Source of the DNA: Haliotis rubra
Taxonomy: Eukaryota
NCBI RefSeq assembly: GCF_003918875.1
Contig: NW_025767048.1
Location: 868,001 to 932,000 of the forward strand
Length of the DNA stretch: 64,000 nt
Direction of reading: 5' to 3'
Shown: positions 12,441 through 25,800 of the stretch, piece after piece
Layout: each line of letters opens with the position of its first letter
Numbering within the stretch: the stretch's first letter is position 1
Translations under genes and position numbers: made by a program
Notes under the pieces: model-generated
What the model was told of the DNA's origin: nothing
Databases searched by the model: none
The model's input: only the letters and a program-made list of their open reading frames with translations

Positions 12441-15400
12441 TGCCAGAGAACCGATACATGGGACAGTTGTGGATGCAACTGGTTGACTTGGCAGGCCTGG
12501 TCGAATTGCTCGAGTAGATGTTATGGTGGACAGATACGCGAGAGGCTGGTGAATGTTCTCGACACGCCAGAATGTGGGACATTTGAACCCTGCGACGGAG
12601 GAAATGGGGCTTATGAAAGATGGGACTGCAACAAACACTGTGATGCAGGTCGCTATAATGGATATGGATGCTCCTGTCCTCTGGGAAGATATGGAGAATG
12701 CTGTGACAGCAGTAAGTATCACCTCATCTAAACATGTTACACATACCGTCAAGAACAGTGGCGCCTATACCAGGTAGCGAATTTAAATCAAGTTTTGTTT
12801 GTGGTTTAACTCATGACGTCAATCTGTATATAATCGAGTCAGACAAACCAGTGACATGCAAGTGAGTCAGCGATCCTGCGAGCGTGGGTTGCTGAAGAGT
12901 TTATCAACGTTACTCGTTGCTGCTCTTCTCAAAGGCATATGTTCATCGCACATTTTTAAGAGAAAAGTACTAAAGAACGAAAACTGCAATATAATAGAAT
13001 TACATTCGTGCTGCGTAAAGGTTGACTCGTTTTCTTTTAAGTTGTTACCTGTGCCAGGCCAGTGTCCATTCCACACGGAAACGTTCACGGGGGAAGGTTC
13101 CAGTATAATGACGTCATCACCTACACATGTGACACCAGCTTTAACCTGACAGGTCCCAACTAGAGGACCTGCATGGTTAACGGAGGCTGGAGTCGTTCTA
13201 CACCAAGATCTCTCTGTACGTATATCATTAAGCTGTGTTAGATATGAAAATAGTTGTGATTACTGGGTTGTTTGTTTAACGCCGAACTCAGCAATATTCC
13301 AGCTATATGACGCCAGTCTGTAAATAATCGATTATGGGCCAGGCAATCCAGTGATCAACAGCATGAGCATCGATCTACACAACTTGGTGTCAACCAAGTC
13401 ACCATATGTACACAACTTGGTGTCAACCAAGTCGCGGGTCGAAGCTTGTAGGGATGGATGACATTTAATCTACATGATCACGAAGCCTATTAACCCCCAT
13501 ACACGTATATTTGCCGTGTTTGAAGTAGATCTTGGGTTAGTTGGGACATGTTTGAATCCGGAAGCGTTGAAGTGCATCGACTTGTATTGCGTTGTTATCA
13601 TTCATGATATTGTAATGCCCCCGTAGTCGAGACTTTTTATCTAGTCGATGGTATCAACATTTTCTAAAGTGTACGTATGTCTTCATATCTGATATAATGC
13701 ACCTCTCACATACACCCTGTGCTGTTTCCAGTCGCCGAGTCGTGTAAGAGTGGTCCGTGTCAGAATGGTGGCACATGTGTGGATGGTCTGGACAGGTACG
13801 ACTGTGTCTGTGGAAGCGGCTGGACTGGGAAAAACTGTGATGTGGGTACGTTTAAGAAAACCATAAGCGCGAACATTTATACTGCATGATTCCCGATGTG
13901 GAAATAACCAGTTTATGTTCGTTTCAGATGTGCAAGCTCCAGTGGTTGACCAGTGTCCTCCTAGTGTTCGTTTGACTACTTCATCTCGTGAGATGACCTA
14001 CACATGGACAATTCCAGTCTTCTCTGATCCCCATGGCAACCTTGTGAAAACATTCTCTGATTATGACAGTAACACTTTCACCTTCCCCTGGGGAGACTTC
14101 ACCGTCCTCTATACTGCAGTGAAACCTAGCAACGGCCTTGAGACGAACTGCAGCTTCACAGTCAGCGTTAGACGTAAGGCCGCTTGTCGAATCGTTCGAC
14201 CCCAAGTGGCACTGGTCATAGATGTACATGTCCCAATCACTTACAAACTATCAACGATTGTGATGTTCATCTTGAACAGGGAGCAGTGGGGTAGCCTAGT
14301 GGTTAAAGCGTTCGCTTGTCACGCCGAAGACCCGGCTTGGATTCCCCACATGGGTTCAATGTGTGAAGCCCATTTCTGGTGTCCCCGCCGTGATATTGCT
14401 GCAATATTGCTAAAAGCGGTGTGACCTCACTTACTCATCTTGCACACACGACTTAACAGAAAGTAACAATAGTATGATATTAAGTGATTTGTCCTGTCAG
14501 AAAAGACACAACCTACAGTGATAATTTTATCAATGTGATTATTATTTCATTGTCATCACTCTTTTCTTGTCTGTTCCTTTTCATGGGACATGAAATATAC
14601 AATATATGTATTTATGTTCCGGATACAGCCAAACCGTGTCCACCCACTGTTGCCCCGAGCAACGGTTACGTCCTGTGTAACGGATGGAGAGCAGACTATG
14701 GGCAGTACTGTCTAGTTGGGTGCAACGCGAAGTACTCTCTCCCACGCAGTTTTGACGCGAGACAGTGGCTAGTGTGTGGCGCAAGTGGACACTGGGCTCC
14801 AGATTCTATTCCATTACGATGCAAAGGTGAGTGACACGATTTTCTACATGTGATTTATTCTCTTTTTCTATGTATTATTCCGTCATATTTGAAAGCACTA
14901 AACACACAATAATATTTTAAATGAATACAGTCACTTGCCAAATGATTAACAATGGTAGGCGGTGGGGTAGCCTAGTGGTTAAAGCGTTTGCTCGTCACGC
15001 CGAAGACCCGGGTTCGAATCCCCACATTGGTACAATGTATGAAGCCCATTTCTGGTGTCCCTCGCCGTGATGTTGCTGGAATATTGCTAAACGCGGCGTA
15101 AAAACAAACTCAGTCAGTCAGTTTAGGATCAAAACCACAATACGCCTTCTATTTAATATGGTTTTACGCCCTTTTCAGTAACATTATGCAATATCCTGGA
15201 CACCTGAAATGGGCTTTTCAATGTAACCATCTGGGGAATCGAACCAGGGTCTTCGGCGTGACGAGCGCTACTGGCGCGTTAAAGATATTAGCAGGTTGTG
15301 TTGTATTCGTTCCTGCATTATGATTGCTTCTTTTATACAGTCGGAGATGCAGGTGACCATGCTGTGGTAAAGCCTGGAGACTGTCTCAGCGGGACTCACA

Positions 15401-15513
15401 AACAAAAGGAAGACTACATCCATGCTCTCAAACGGTCGTCTTTCAACTCTGTGTGCACTGACAACCATACTATCTGCTCCCCTGACAATGTCAATGTTGT
15501 ATGCGGGGCATAG
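12441..15513 (+). pseudogene. Gene B: pseudogene copy of secreted TSP1-EGF-CCP-EGF-HYR-CCP protein
   Basis: Exons about 12441-12711, 13042-13215, 13732-13845, 13928-14173, 14629-14826, 15341-15513; AATAAA 15662. Acceptor, ATG and signal peptide are deleted relative to A and C; in-frame TAG at 13161-13163 (GAG in A and C); last sushi Cys changed to Ser. Confidence 0.85.
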
Positions 15514-15840
15514 ATGGTGGGCATATACGAATGTAACAATCAGACAAATCCATTTTCTGACTATCGTCAAAGAATACTGATGAAACAACTGAAAGAACTA
15601 TTTGAAGGAAATATATATTTCTTGACAGTCGTGAACATAAATTGTATGGTATATTGTAGCAAATAAAACATTTATTTTATTGAACAGGAACTATTGGTGT
15701 GCTGTGTTGGTACCTTGATTTTCCAGCTTTGACCCATACCTGGGATTACATGTACCTTGAAAAGCATACTTCACTATGTACGTCACTATACGATACGACG
15801 TAAGTCACAGTTTCAGCTTACCTAAGCCATTAGTCACATA

Positions 15841-16335
15841 TACTATTCCAAAAACGAAACGCATAACCCAGAAATATGTTGCGAAAAAGTTGTATTTTCA
15901 AACATGTATAACTCGTCCACAAATAGACTTTAAGAAATGATTTTTACATCAGTTTAGAAGGTAATGTCTATACAACCAAGAGGTAAATTTTAGATAACGG
16001 TGGCGTAGTGATTTGACCTTGAAACACCTTCAAAACGGATGCCGATTTCCGTAAGTAATATGGATTTTTATAGCCAGACAGTGCATGCTCTTTGCTGCAC
16101 AATTGCAACTGGAAGGTGATTTCGGTTGCGTTGTGGCGATGCCTTTTTAATTCTTGTAAGAACTCCCATCAAAATAAATATTTTCAGGTAAAGCCGACAT
16201 TTCACTTGTGCAGTTGTGTACAGTCATGTTATCAACACTTTTGTTACATATTTTGGCGATTGTTTGAACACAATAGGTAATTAATAGATTTTTCAAAATA
16301 CTAAACGCCTATGCGTTTCCTTTTTGGGGATAGTA
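15841..16335. mobile_element. Non-autonomous Tc1/mariner-type MITE
   Basis: Inverted ends tactattccaaaaacgaaacgcata / tatgcgtttcctttttggggatagta with TA flanks; absent from the paralogous site near 57582. Confidence 0.8.
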
Positions 16336-16504
16336 TATGATGTGCTGGCATTAAGAAAACAAAAAGCCATTACTTATATCTGACGTGGTCGCAAAAACAA
16401 AACAACAAGTCATGACTCACATCTGACGTGCGGACATAAGTTAATAAAGAAGTCATGAGTCACATCTGACGTGCTGGCATAAGCAATAAAGAAGTCATGA
16501 CTCT

Positions 16505-17530
16505 TGAGGCCTTGAATGTTTTAACCTTCGATCAAACAACTTCTGAGCAAGAGTGGCATGACGCTCTTTGAAATCCTGATAAAAATAGCATCCTCGATTG
16601 TACCTCAAAAGTTGCGAAATGAAAACACCAAAGGCTGGAGCTGTTGGAATATTGCTCGACATGAAAGGGAAGATGAGTATTGGAAAGTTGAAATCATCCT
16701 GTTTTTCATACAGCTTTGTAGAGATATTTTGTCACTCTGAATCTTTATGCAAAGATCTAAATGTGAAACAGTTCAGGCGGTCTCACTTGTTTCCTTAATT
16801 GCACGTTCAGGTGGGTAAATCAGTGGAAGGTAATGGGCTATCTGATGGTTATTGAACGATATTGAATCATCGATGTATTGAAAGTTAAACTTCTTTGCCA
16901 AATTATCGTGTTTTGATTTTGCCAACACCAGCAAAAATTCTTATTCATATGCATAAAAGCAGTTCCGCAAGGAGGGGAGCACAATAGGTGCCCATGGGGG
17001 TGCCTATACGTCTTGGCGAAATGTTTTACCCCCACGTCACATTTCACAAAGATGTTATCAATGTGAAAGTCCAGCATTTCACATACTGTTTTCTCGGTAC
17101 ACTTCGAATGACATTTGCTTTCATTCTTGACAAATCGTCATGAACCTCTGAAAATAGACATGTAGGCATATCTTTGTTCACCACGTTTGTTTACAAAAGC
17201 CCCATGAATCAAGGAATGAAGTTTTTCCTAAAGTTTGTTATTTGGGATAGTAGTATACAATGTTGCAAAATGAAATGTTTTGACAGAACGGAACTCGGTC
17301 CGTTTCTGAGATTCTAAAAATGTAAGCAAATCTTTTGAGTTTTTGAGAAACGACATGGCATTAATTCCGCTTGTCTCAAAAATGTTCTGTGAATATCGAG
17401 AAAGTCCTTCCTTGATAGTATTAAAGATTATGGTTAATCTCTGAGACAGGGATCTGGTGGTACATTTGCTGGAACCAGCAATAAATCTCTTCTTGTATGG
17501 ATTGTGATAGAGTTCAAAAGAGGAATGGAC
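16505..17530 (-). mobile_element. Penelope-like retroelement RT remnant
   Basis: MLDFHIDNIFV, GTPMGTYCAPLLA and FQYIDD motifs on the minus strand with frameshifts. Confidence 0.75.
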
Positions 17531-19129
17531 ATGTCTTCAGGATTTAGAGTCTTTTAACCAAGATCTCAAAGAGTCGTGCGACCCTTCTCAGAAGTTACAA
17601 GAGCATAGTTGCAACATCCAAGGCATCAGATAAGCTTTCTAAACGTTTTATGGCATATTAGTCTAGATATGTGCAATTCAAACTTTGATGCATCAGTGAC
17701 GAAAGATGATGTCCGATGCAATTCCCGATTTGGACTTGTACCATACCTTCCCGAAGTGAACAATTGACTAGCGCTTGCATGCGTGCATGTCGTGTGTTCC
17801 ACTGTCCCTATTTGATGGTGATTAATAAACGCATGATCATCGTATCTCATGATGCCAGTCACTGGATTGTTTGGTCCAGATTAGATTTGTTTAGCGAGTC
17901 GGCCGTTAACAAAACACACAGATGCTCATAATATAGCCGGAACTGTATAATCGACTCTGCTTTTAATAAAGAATCCTTATTGATGTGGACAGGCTTTTGT
18001 AGATATAGATTATTAATATGGAGAGAAACCAGAAAAGAAAAGAAATTTAAATATTCAAATTAGATAGGTCCTGGTGAAGATGCATACAATCGTTTTTGGA
18101 AATATAAAAGATTTTTTTATCTTACATGTTTAAGTAAAGCGTATATTTTGTTATCTGGTATATCCTCTATTGCATTCCAACAGTATTGTACTGGGCGGAC
18201 GTCCTGGTTCAAACGATCACTAGCTTATCGGAATAATTAAATACTTTAAACGTCCTAAGTGATTTCATGTTGATATCAACATTGAAAAAAACCATCCTGT
18301 TCATGACAAAGTCACAATCTAATCAAGGTGTAATCTATCACTTTGAGAGCATGTTTGATAAAGTCGCTTGCTATTCTAAGATGTCTACAAGATCCATGCA
18401 GCTGAAAATAAGCACGTAACACCAGGAGAGTCAACATTCGAATCAGACCAACGGATCGAATGGACCAGTTCCAAAATCATTTTCTCCAGCTTACAATATA
18501 TATAATAAAAAGAATTAACAGAAGCTATCAACAAATTATACTTAACAAAATTAGTCATGGAACGTCATGAATGAGTTTTTCCAATAAAATGTTTACGCAA
18601 TCGTCGATTTGATACCCGGATGAAACACATTTATTTTCATTAAGTGTACACACTACTTCCATTGTTCGATTAAATTTAACAAGTGTCAAGTTTATACTTT
18701 GGTTAAGTATATGCAATTGTATTAAAGAAGTTAATTAGTTTTGACTGCGTTTTATAAGATTACAAATAAAGTGATATTGCAGCTTAAAGAAGCTTTGCTC
18801 TTCAAGAAAGAAATGGACAGTGATTACAGTCTTTCTACCTTGGGGATCGTATGTTTTACAATTCAACTTTATTCATCCTCGACTGGTCCTTGTCTACAAA
18901 TGTTACTAAATACAATACACGAACATATTCAGCGTGTAATGGGAAATCACTTCAATCAATCTTTCTCTGCATAAATGGCATTCATTCTGCTAAAAGGAAT
19001 AGGGGGTAGCCCATTTTGGGGGGATATTATTTTGGATCCAAATTGAATGATGGTTTATGGATTTATAAAATGATTATTCCATTCGCAACGTCTTATGAAT
19101 GGGCACACGTTGTTTTGGGATGAATCAAA

Positions 19130-19690
19130 AGTTAATTGGACATCCTTGACAGGCGCAACAGGGTGTTTCGCAGACAGAATGAGCTTTCTCATGCCGTTAA
19201 CGTTTGACAGAACGATCGTTTTAGGGGTGGGATCACTGACTGGTACAGCACTGTCATTCACTGACTGTCACTAGGCAGTACTAGTACAGTGACATTATCC
19301 TGGAGGCACACGGGATGCTATTGGCGTGTCGACCTGGACGCCATTTAATGTCTTAGGATAACAACGCAAGAAGACAAAAGGCTCGTATTGTTACTGAGTA
19401 CCTCAAATATGAAAAACCAGCCAGCCTAATCATGGCCAGGACCCAGTCCAGACTTGTTACCCATCGGAAATGTCTTGGATATCCTGCACGCCACAGTCAA
19501 AAAGCACCGACCACTATCAACGAACTTGGCGCTGCCCTGTATAATGAATGGGATGGAGTGTACTCGAGTTGGCATTGGACGTTTGATTAAGAGTATGCCT
19601 AATCGAATCCACGATTGTCAAGAGAACAGTGGCGGATTCACGCGATATTATCAATTTTGTGTTTTCTGTAAGGTGCTTTGGCCAATCATC
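19130..19690 (+). mobile_element. Highly degenerate Tc1 transposase 3' remnant
   Basis: DRFRGG, WPGPSPDLLPIGNVLD and LIKSMPNRIHDCQENSGGFTRY remnants. Confidence 0.6.
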
Positions 19691-22332
19691 TAACAAGATC
19701 ATCATGGTCATCTGACGTTAAACGACGAATACAATCTCACTCAGGTGTCCCTGTTACACTGTTTAAATATTTATCTCATTGTAGATGTAGTGGTTTTATA
19801 TCCTCCACATATTTAGTATATTGTAGAATTTATCGCAATAAGCGATTGGCTATGACAAGCTTCCGACATAAACTGCCATGATCATCAGCGGCAAGCATGT
19901 TACAACTAACAAGCATAATGTCGACAAGTACAAACCCCCCACCCACACACACACACACACGCGCGCACGCACGCACGCACGCACGCACGCGCGCGCACAA
20001 ACATATACATATTGATGAACGTTTCCAGTCTTTTGCAATTATTTGAATTATAGAGGTATGTTCAGTAAATGACTTTGAAAACAGATTTTATACAGTATAC
20101 ATTGTTGCCATATGGGTAATATACTGTGTGCATTTACTTTACAGTGGGTGTGAAGCCCATTTCTGGTGATCCCCGCCGTGATATGGCTTGAATATTGCTA
20201 AAAGCGGCGTAAAACCATACTCACTCACTCATTCACTCACTGTACAGTGGTCACTTAAGTGAGCCTGGCTTAACCCCGCATTGAACATTGTTTCAGGTGT
20301 AGAGGGAGAAAAGCCCGATGTTATGCAGTTCTTGAACACTTAACACTTACGGTGGAATCCATCACAATTGCACAAAAAATCCATTAGAATTAGAGCTGAG
20401 AAACCTGCAAACATAATCAGGGCGAATTAGTTTCATAGTTTATTTTATCCCAACTGACGGAAGTAGGGGTTATGGATTGGTGAGGGTCATTCGCGAAGTC
20501 AATGCTCATAATAAGTGGTAAGAAAAGACATTTAACCTAGCATGACAATTTGGCAGTGGTGTATGTATTCATGCCTAGATACAGGACGGGTATAACATCG
20601 CTGTAACATTCAAGCAATATCCGCAGTAACACCGGTATTCAATACAGTAATCTTACCATGTAAATATGTGGGTTTCCTTGATTTGAGTTTCCAGTTGAAT
20701 CAAGTCAAGATTTTCTCCCTATACATCAGAACATAATTCTGGATTATGGTACACTGATATATGACTGACTCGTTACAAATATTAGTTGTATCGTATCAAC
20801 ACAATTCATGTGCTCCCAATGGACACACACACACACACACAGCACTATTCAAAGCTGGGGATGAAAACTGGAAAATATTAAAGGAACACTTGAATTTTCC
20901 TGTGTGTCTCTAACCCGTGAAGGTCCGCGTTAGCATGATCTTCAGTAACTCATGCTTGTCGTAAGAGGCGACTAACGGTATCGGGTGGTCAGGCTCGCTG
21001 GCTTTGTTGACGCATGTCATCGGTTCCCAACTGCGCAGATCGATGCTCATGCTGTTGATCACTGGATTGTCTGGTCCAGACTCGATTTTATACAGACCGC
21101 CGCCATATAGCTGGAATATTGCTGAGTGCAGCATAAAACCTAACTCAGTCACTCACTCCTGTGTGTCTCTATTTGTTTCTCTCAGTATATTTCAATTCAC
21201 AATGTAATCGATGTATTTAGAAAGCAACTTTAGGTCAAGTGCGTGACCAGCATTTCAGTGTAGCTTTGAATGTTTGTCCTATCCGTAGGGTGTGGGGGGG
21301 TGGGGTGTGTGTGTGTCGAGTCTGTGTTGAATTTGTTTTGAATTGAATAACCTGATTTAAAGAGAGATAATAACACCAAGCATAATCATTAATTTAGAAC
21401 AGTTCTTTCTTTCATGGCATTAAAAGAATAGTTACGAAATTGACGCCTGATAAACAAGGATTACATAATCCATTAATTATCTCCATTCTCTCCGGCATTG
21501 TCAGGTAGATCTAGCACATACAAAACAGGGCGTGCACACATGTGTCGCACAGACTTATATATATATCTATATATCTATATATATAGCGATTAATGTGTCC
21601 CTCTGTGTGCCAGGAAGTACTTGCGAAGGGACAAGTTTACATGTTATCGATTTTTCCTTTCCTGGAAGGTTTTGATCGCTAACAGTGAAATATATCCCCT
21701 AGCCCCCTCCCCTCTCATCAGTTTCGAAAATATGCCATACTCCGTGGCATTGCACTCATTTACTATTAGAACCTAAATACTAAACTTTGCGCAAAGGCAA
21801 GGCATAATAACAGAAGCTTGGAAAAGCAATGGTTAGGCTTTACTAGCATAGATGAATAACACGCATTCCAAGAAAAGATACCGGGAGGTAGGAAGTGGTT
21901 ATTTTCCGAAATGACAAGCTGATATTGCCCATATGGCAGTACGGATTCCCAGCTGAAGAGACACAAGGGAGATAACTTACAAAACGTATTTAATGCGTCA
22001 CGATAAAGCATCAATATATATGTAATTCATACTGGCGGTAAAGGGGGATAATTCAGAAAGCGTTTTTAAAGTATCTTTGATTTCATTCTATTTCACAATA
22101 AAACCTTCTAGATGTCGCTTCAGCTGTGTAAAATTGTTCTATAAATCGAAATGTAAATGAATCGAATAAATTATCCCGGTAAAATTACATTATCCACGAA
22201 GGAGTAAATTCACACTGTAGATATTTAGATGACAATAAATGCACATTGTAAATTAATCTAGGTAGTTACAAAAATGCATCCTGTAAATATCTTTATAACA
22301 GTAAATAACTAATTAACTATATCAATTGACAT

Positions 22333-22777
22333 TAAGGGGCGCTATTTAAACAAACTTGGAATCGCAGTTTAAACAAAAAGAGGAACAGAGAGCTTATACG
22401 TGGAAGTTATTCAGAATTACTGCAATTTTTAATTGTTCATTTTACACAATAATACAAGGCTTTTGTGGGTTGCTGTTTTACTGTTATTGTACGAATAGTC
22501 AAGTTCTAGCTTCTGAGTGTAGCTACGTAAACATGTGACCATAATGAATCATTTGAAACGCTGCCAACTTTCACCTCTACTGGCTTCTGCACACAAATAC
22601 TGACGGCTTGAGACGGCCAATCAAGTAACACGAGATTATAGGAAATAAGTTTCAACAGCACTTGTGATACACAGATGCGTTTAGAGGCCGATAACATAGA
22701 TGTTTAACAAGGTTTATCCTCTGTTTCTGGTATTTGTGCTCTCAAGAGCCGCGCAGAGAGACATTCTAAACTTCAAG
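22333..22777 (+). promoter_or_regulatory. Putative promoter/5' non-coding exon block of F, duplicated upstream of E (61880-62327)
   Basis: Strong similarity between the two blocks; TATA-like ctatttaaac; ends in donor caag|gt. Confidence 0.5.
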
Positions 22778-22811
22778 GTTAGATAATGTTTGTGTATTGC
22801 TTTGTTTCCAG

Positions 22812-25800
22812 TGGGCTGTGTCCGAGGCAGTTACTACAATGCTGATACGGGTGAATGTACGCAATGTCCAGTAGGTCAATATACAGACAGTTCTGGACAC
22901 ACCAGTTGCACTCATTGTCCAGCCCACACTACCTCAGTTGAAACAGGAGCATCGTCTAGAGTCCAGTGTGAAGGTAGACACATTCTTTCCTTAGAGAAGC
23001 TTAACAACGAGCTAAGACACATAATCACACACTGTGATCTTCAAGACATTGTTCGAATTTGCAAGCAGCCACTGACAGATATACTCATGGGAACGAATAA
23101 CACCTGAAAGTACACCTGGAAAAGAATAAAGGAACACTTGTACTTTCAGGTGTTCCCTTATTCGTTTCCACGAATATATTTACAACTCTCCTCTATTTTC
23201 CTTGCTATTGACCAGCAGAGTTGACAATTCTTTTCATTTTTGAAAGCCATTGACCAGCAGATGTTTACAATTCTCTTCTATGTTGAAACCATTGTCCAGC
23301 AGAGTTTACAATTCTCTTCTATGTTGAAACCATTTTCCTGTAGAGTTTTCAATTGTCTTCTGTGTTGAAACCATTGCCCAGCAGAGTTTATAATTCTCTT
23401 CCATTTCCAGTAGAATTAACAGTTCTCTTCTATGTTGAAACCATTGTCCAGCAGAGTTTATAATTCTCTTCCATGTTGAAACCATTGTCCAGCAGAGTTT
23501 ATAATTCTCTTCCATGTTGAAACCATTGTCCAGCAAAGTTTAAATTCTTTTCTATGTTGAAACCAATGTCCGGCAGAGTTTACAATTCTCTTCTATGTTG
23601 AAACCATTTTCCTGTAGAGTTTTCAATTGTCTTCTGTGTTGAAACCATTGCCCAGCAGAGTTTATAATTCTCTTCCATGTTGAAACCATTGTCCAGCAGA
23701 GTTTATAACTCTCTTCCATGTTGAAACTATTGTCCAATAAAGTTTGCAATTCTCTTCTATGTTGAAACCATTGTCCAGTAGAGTCTACAGTTCTCTTCTA
23801 TGTTGAAACCATTGCCCAGCAGAGTTTACCATTCTCTTCTATGTTGCCAGCTATTTCCCAACAGATTTTTCAGTTCCCTTCCATGTTGCTAACCACTGAA
23901 ATGCTGATGTTTACAATCCCCTTCCATGTTGCCAGCCATGTGTAAGCCAGGCATGTTCTCTGCGACTGGCGTGGTGCCATGCAGCCCGTGTGATATCGGC
24001 CAGTACCAGGACAGCTGGGGAAGCAGGTCTTGTCTGGAATGTCCAGGGGGAAAGACTACACTAACCCAAGAAGCAAAGTCAGTTGACAAATGCCAGGGTA
24101 AAAAACAAATTTAGCTTTAGTTTTCTTCATCAATTCTTCTGCCGTTACTCATACATAAACGCTTTTTTGAGTTTTTAATGATGATACATGACATTTATGA
24201 GTAGTTTGCCCATAAGATGAAACATTTGAAATGATCGCGTTGCAATGATGAACCGATACATTCGTATAACTCGGTTTTCTGTTTAGAATTTGATGTTGAG
24301 TTAATTCCGAGCGACAACACGACTGCTACTGCACAGACAGCTGTTGGAGGTCAACTGGACCTGCCTAATGTCACACTGGGGCTGTGGTTGAAGACACAAA
24401 GTCATCACAGTCACATCAGATGGCAAAGAGTTGATGTCATTACACATGGAAATCAACCGTCTCAGAACTAGGATTCAAGGGTACATAATCGTCCTGTTAA
24501 TTAAGAGATACAATTTATATTAAAAGACATTTTGTATTTAATGTTCCTCAATATGAAAATGTTTTACTCACATTCAACTTTAATTCGTTTGCATATTGAA
24601 GTGTTACCATTAAGTCCGCTGTCTTCCTGAATGATACGATGTGGCACAAGCACATTGTCACCGTCACACATGGCGATGTTGAAACGTACACAGACGGTGT
24701 ATCTGGAGAGACAACTGGGCATACAGGCAAGCTGACAATCAACGGATCTCTGGTGGTTACTGCTGGAGGTATGTACGAGCAAGTGAGCATGAGCATCTGA
24801 AATATTCGGAGCGGTGGGGTAGACTATGGGTACAATGCGTAAATCCCAATTACATTTTTGTTGTATCATCTCCTTCTGATTACAGTGGGTGCTGGGGTAG
24901 CCTAATGGTAAAAGTGTTCGCGCCGCAGACCCGGGTTCGATTGGGTTCTACCCTTGGGTACAATGTATGAAGCCCATTTCTAATGTCCCCCGTCGTGATA
25001 TTGCTGAAACATTAAAGCGGCGTAAAACCAAACTCTCTCAGTTACTATGAAATATTCTATAAAACATAATCATAGAACTAAAACTTTGTTTGAAACGTTT
25101 GTCACTTGTTGTAGTGAGTCACAGTTCCCATACACACGAAGTCATGGCGTTGCTCGGTAAAATGACTCCGGAAATATACGTTCATTCACAGGGGAAGGGT
25201 TCGCCGGAATCATCTCCCAGGTGAACATATGGTCCGGTATTCACGCCTCTATGTCTCGAAGATGCTTCAGCGATGATCACGGAGACTTGTTTTCGTGGCA
25301 GACCTTTGCCAAAGCTGATTTAGTAGACAGTTTCGTACAGATACCCAGCGAGTGTGATGGTAAGCGTTTTGTTTGTCAGAAATGAAGATTTACATTAAAA
25401 ATATTTCAGGCTATTCCCTACACTAAATTCTCCATCCCAAACCGATGGATCACACTGTTCTGATATTTTGAGGGTCAAGGATGTGCCCATATGTAATTGT
25501 TCTGAAAAGAATGTAGTGGTACAGCATTTCGTTTACGTGTTACATCACATCCGCCAGCGTTTGTGTAGCGATTGATGGCTTCCTATAAGAACTAAGAGAT
25601 ACAAACGCTTACATGTAAAGGAAAACATACGACCTAATGTCCAAATGCTGATTGTAAAAATTATCCCCTTCAGACACTGACGTCTGCAGCTCCAGTCCCT
25701 GTTTCCATGGCGACTGCACTGATGAGCTGGGTGGGTATAGGTGTACGTGTAGTGGTGGCTTCACCGGAGTGAACTGCGACGTCAACATCGACGATTGTGG

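Noticed and set aside
14957-15030. tRNA gene
   Set aside because: The A/B boxes are the head of a multi-copy SINE; no full cloverleaf.
23306-23749. Repetitive ORFs on the minus strand
   Set aside because: Translations of the 41-bp minisatellite.
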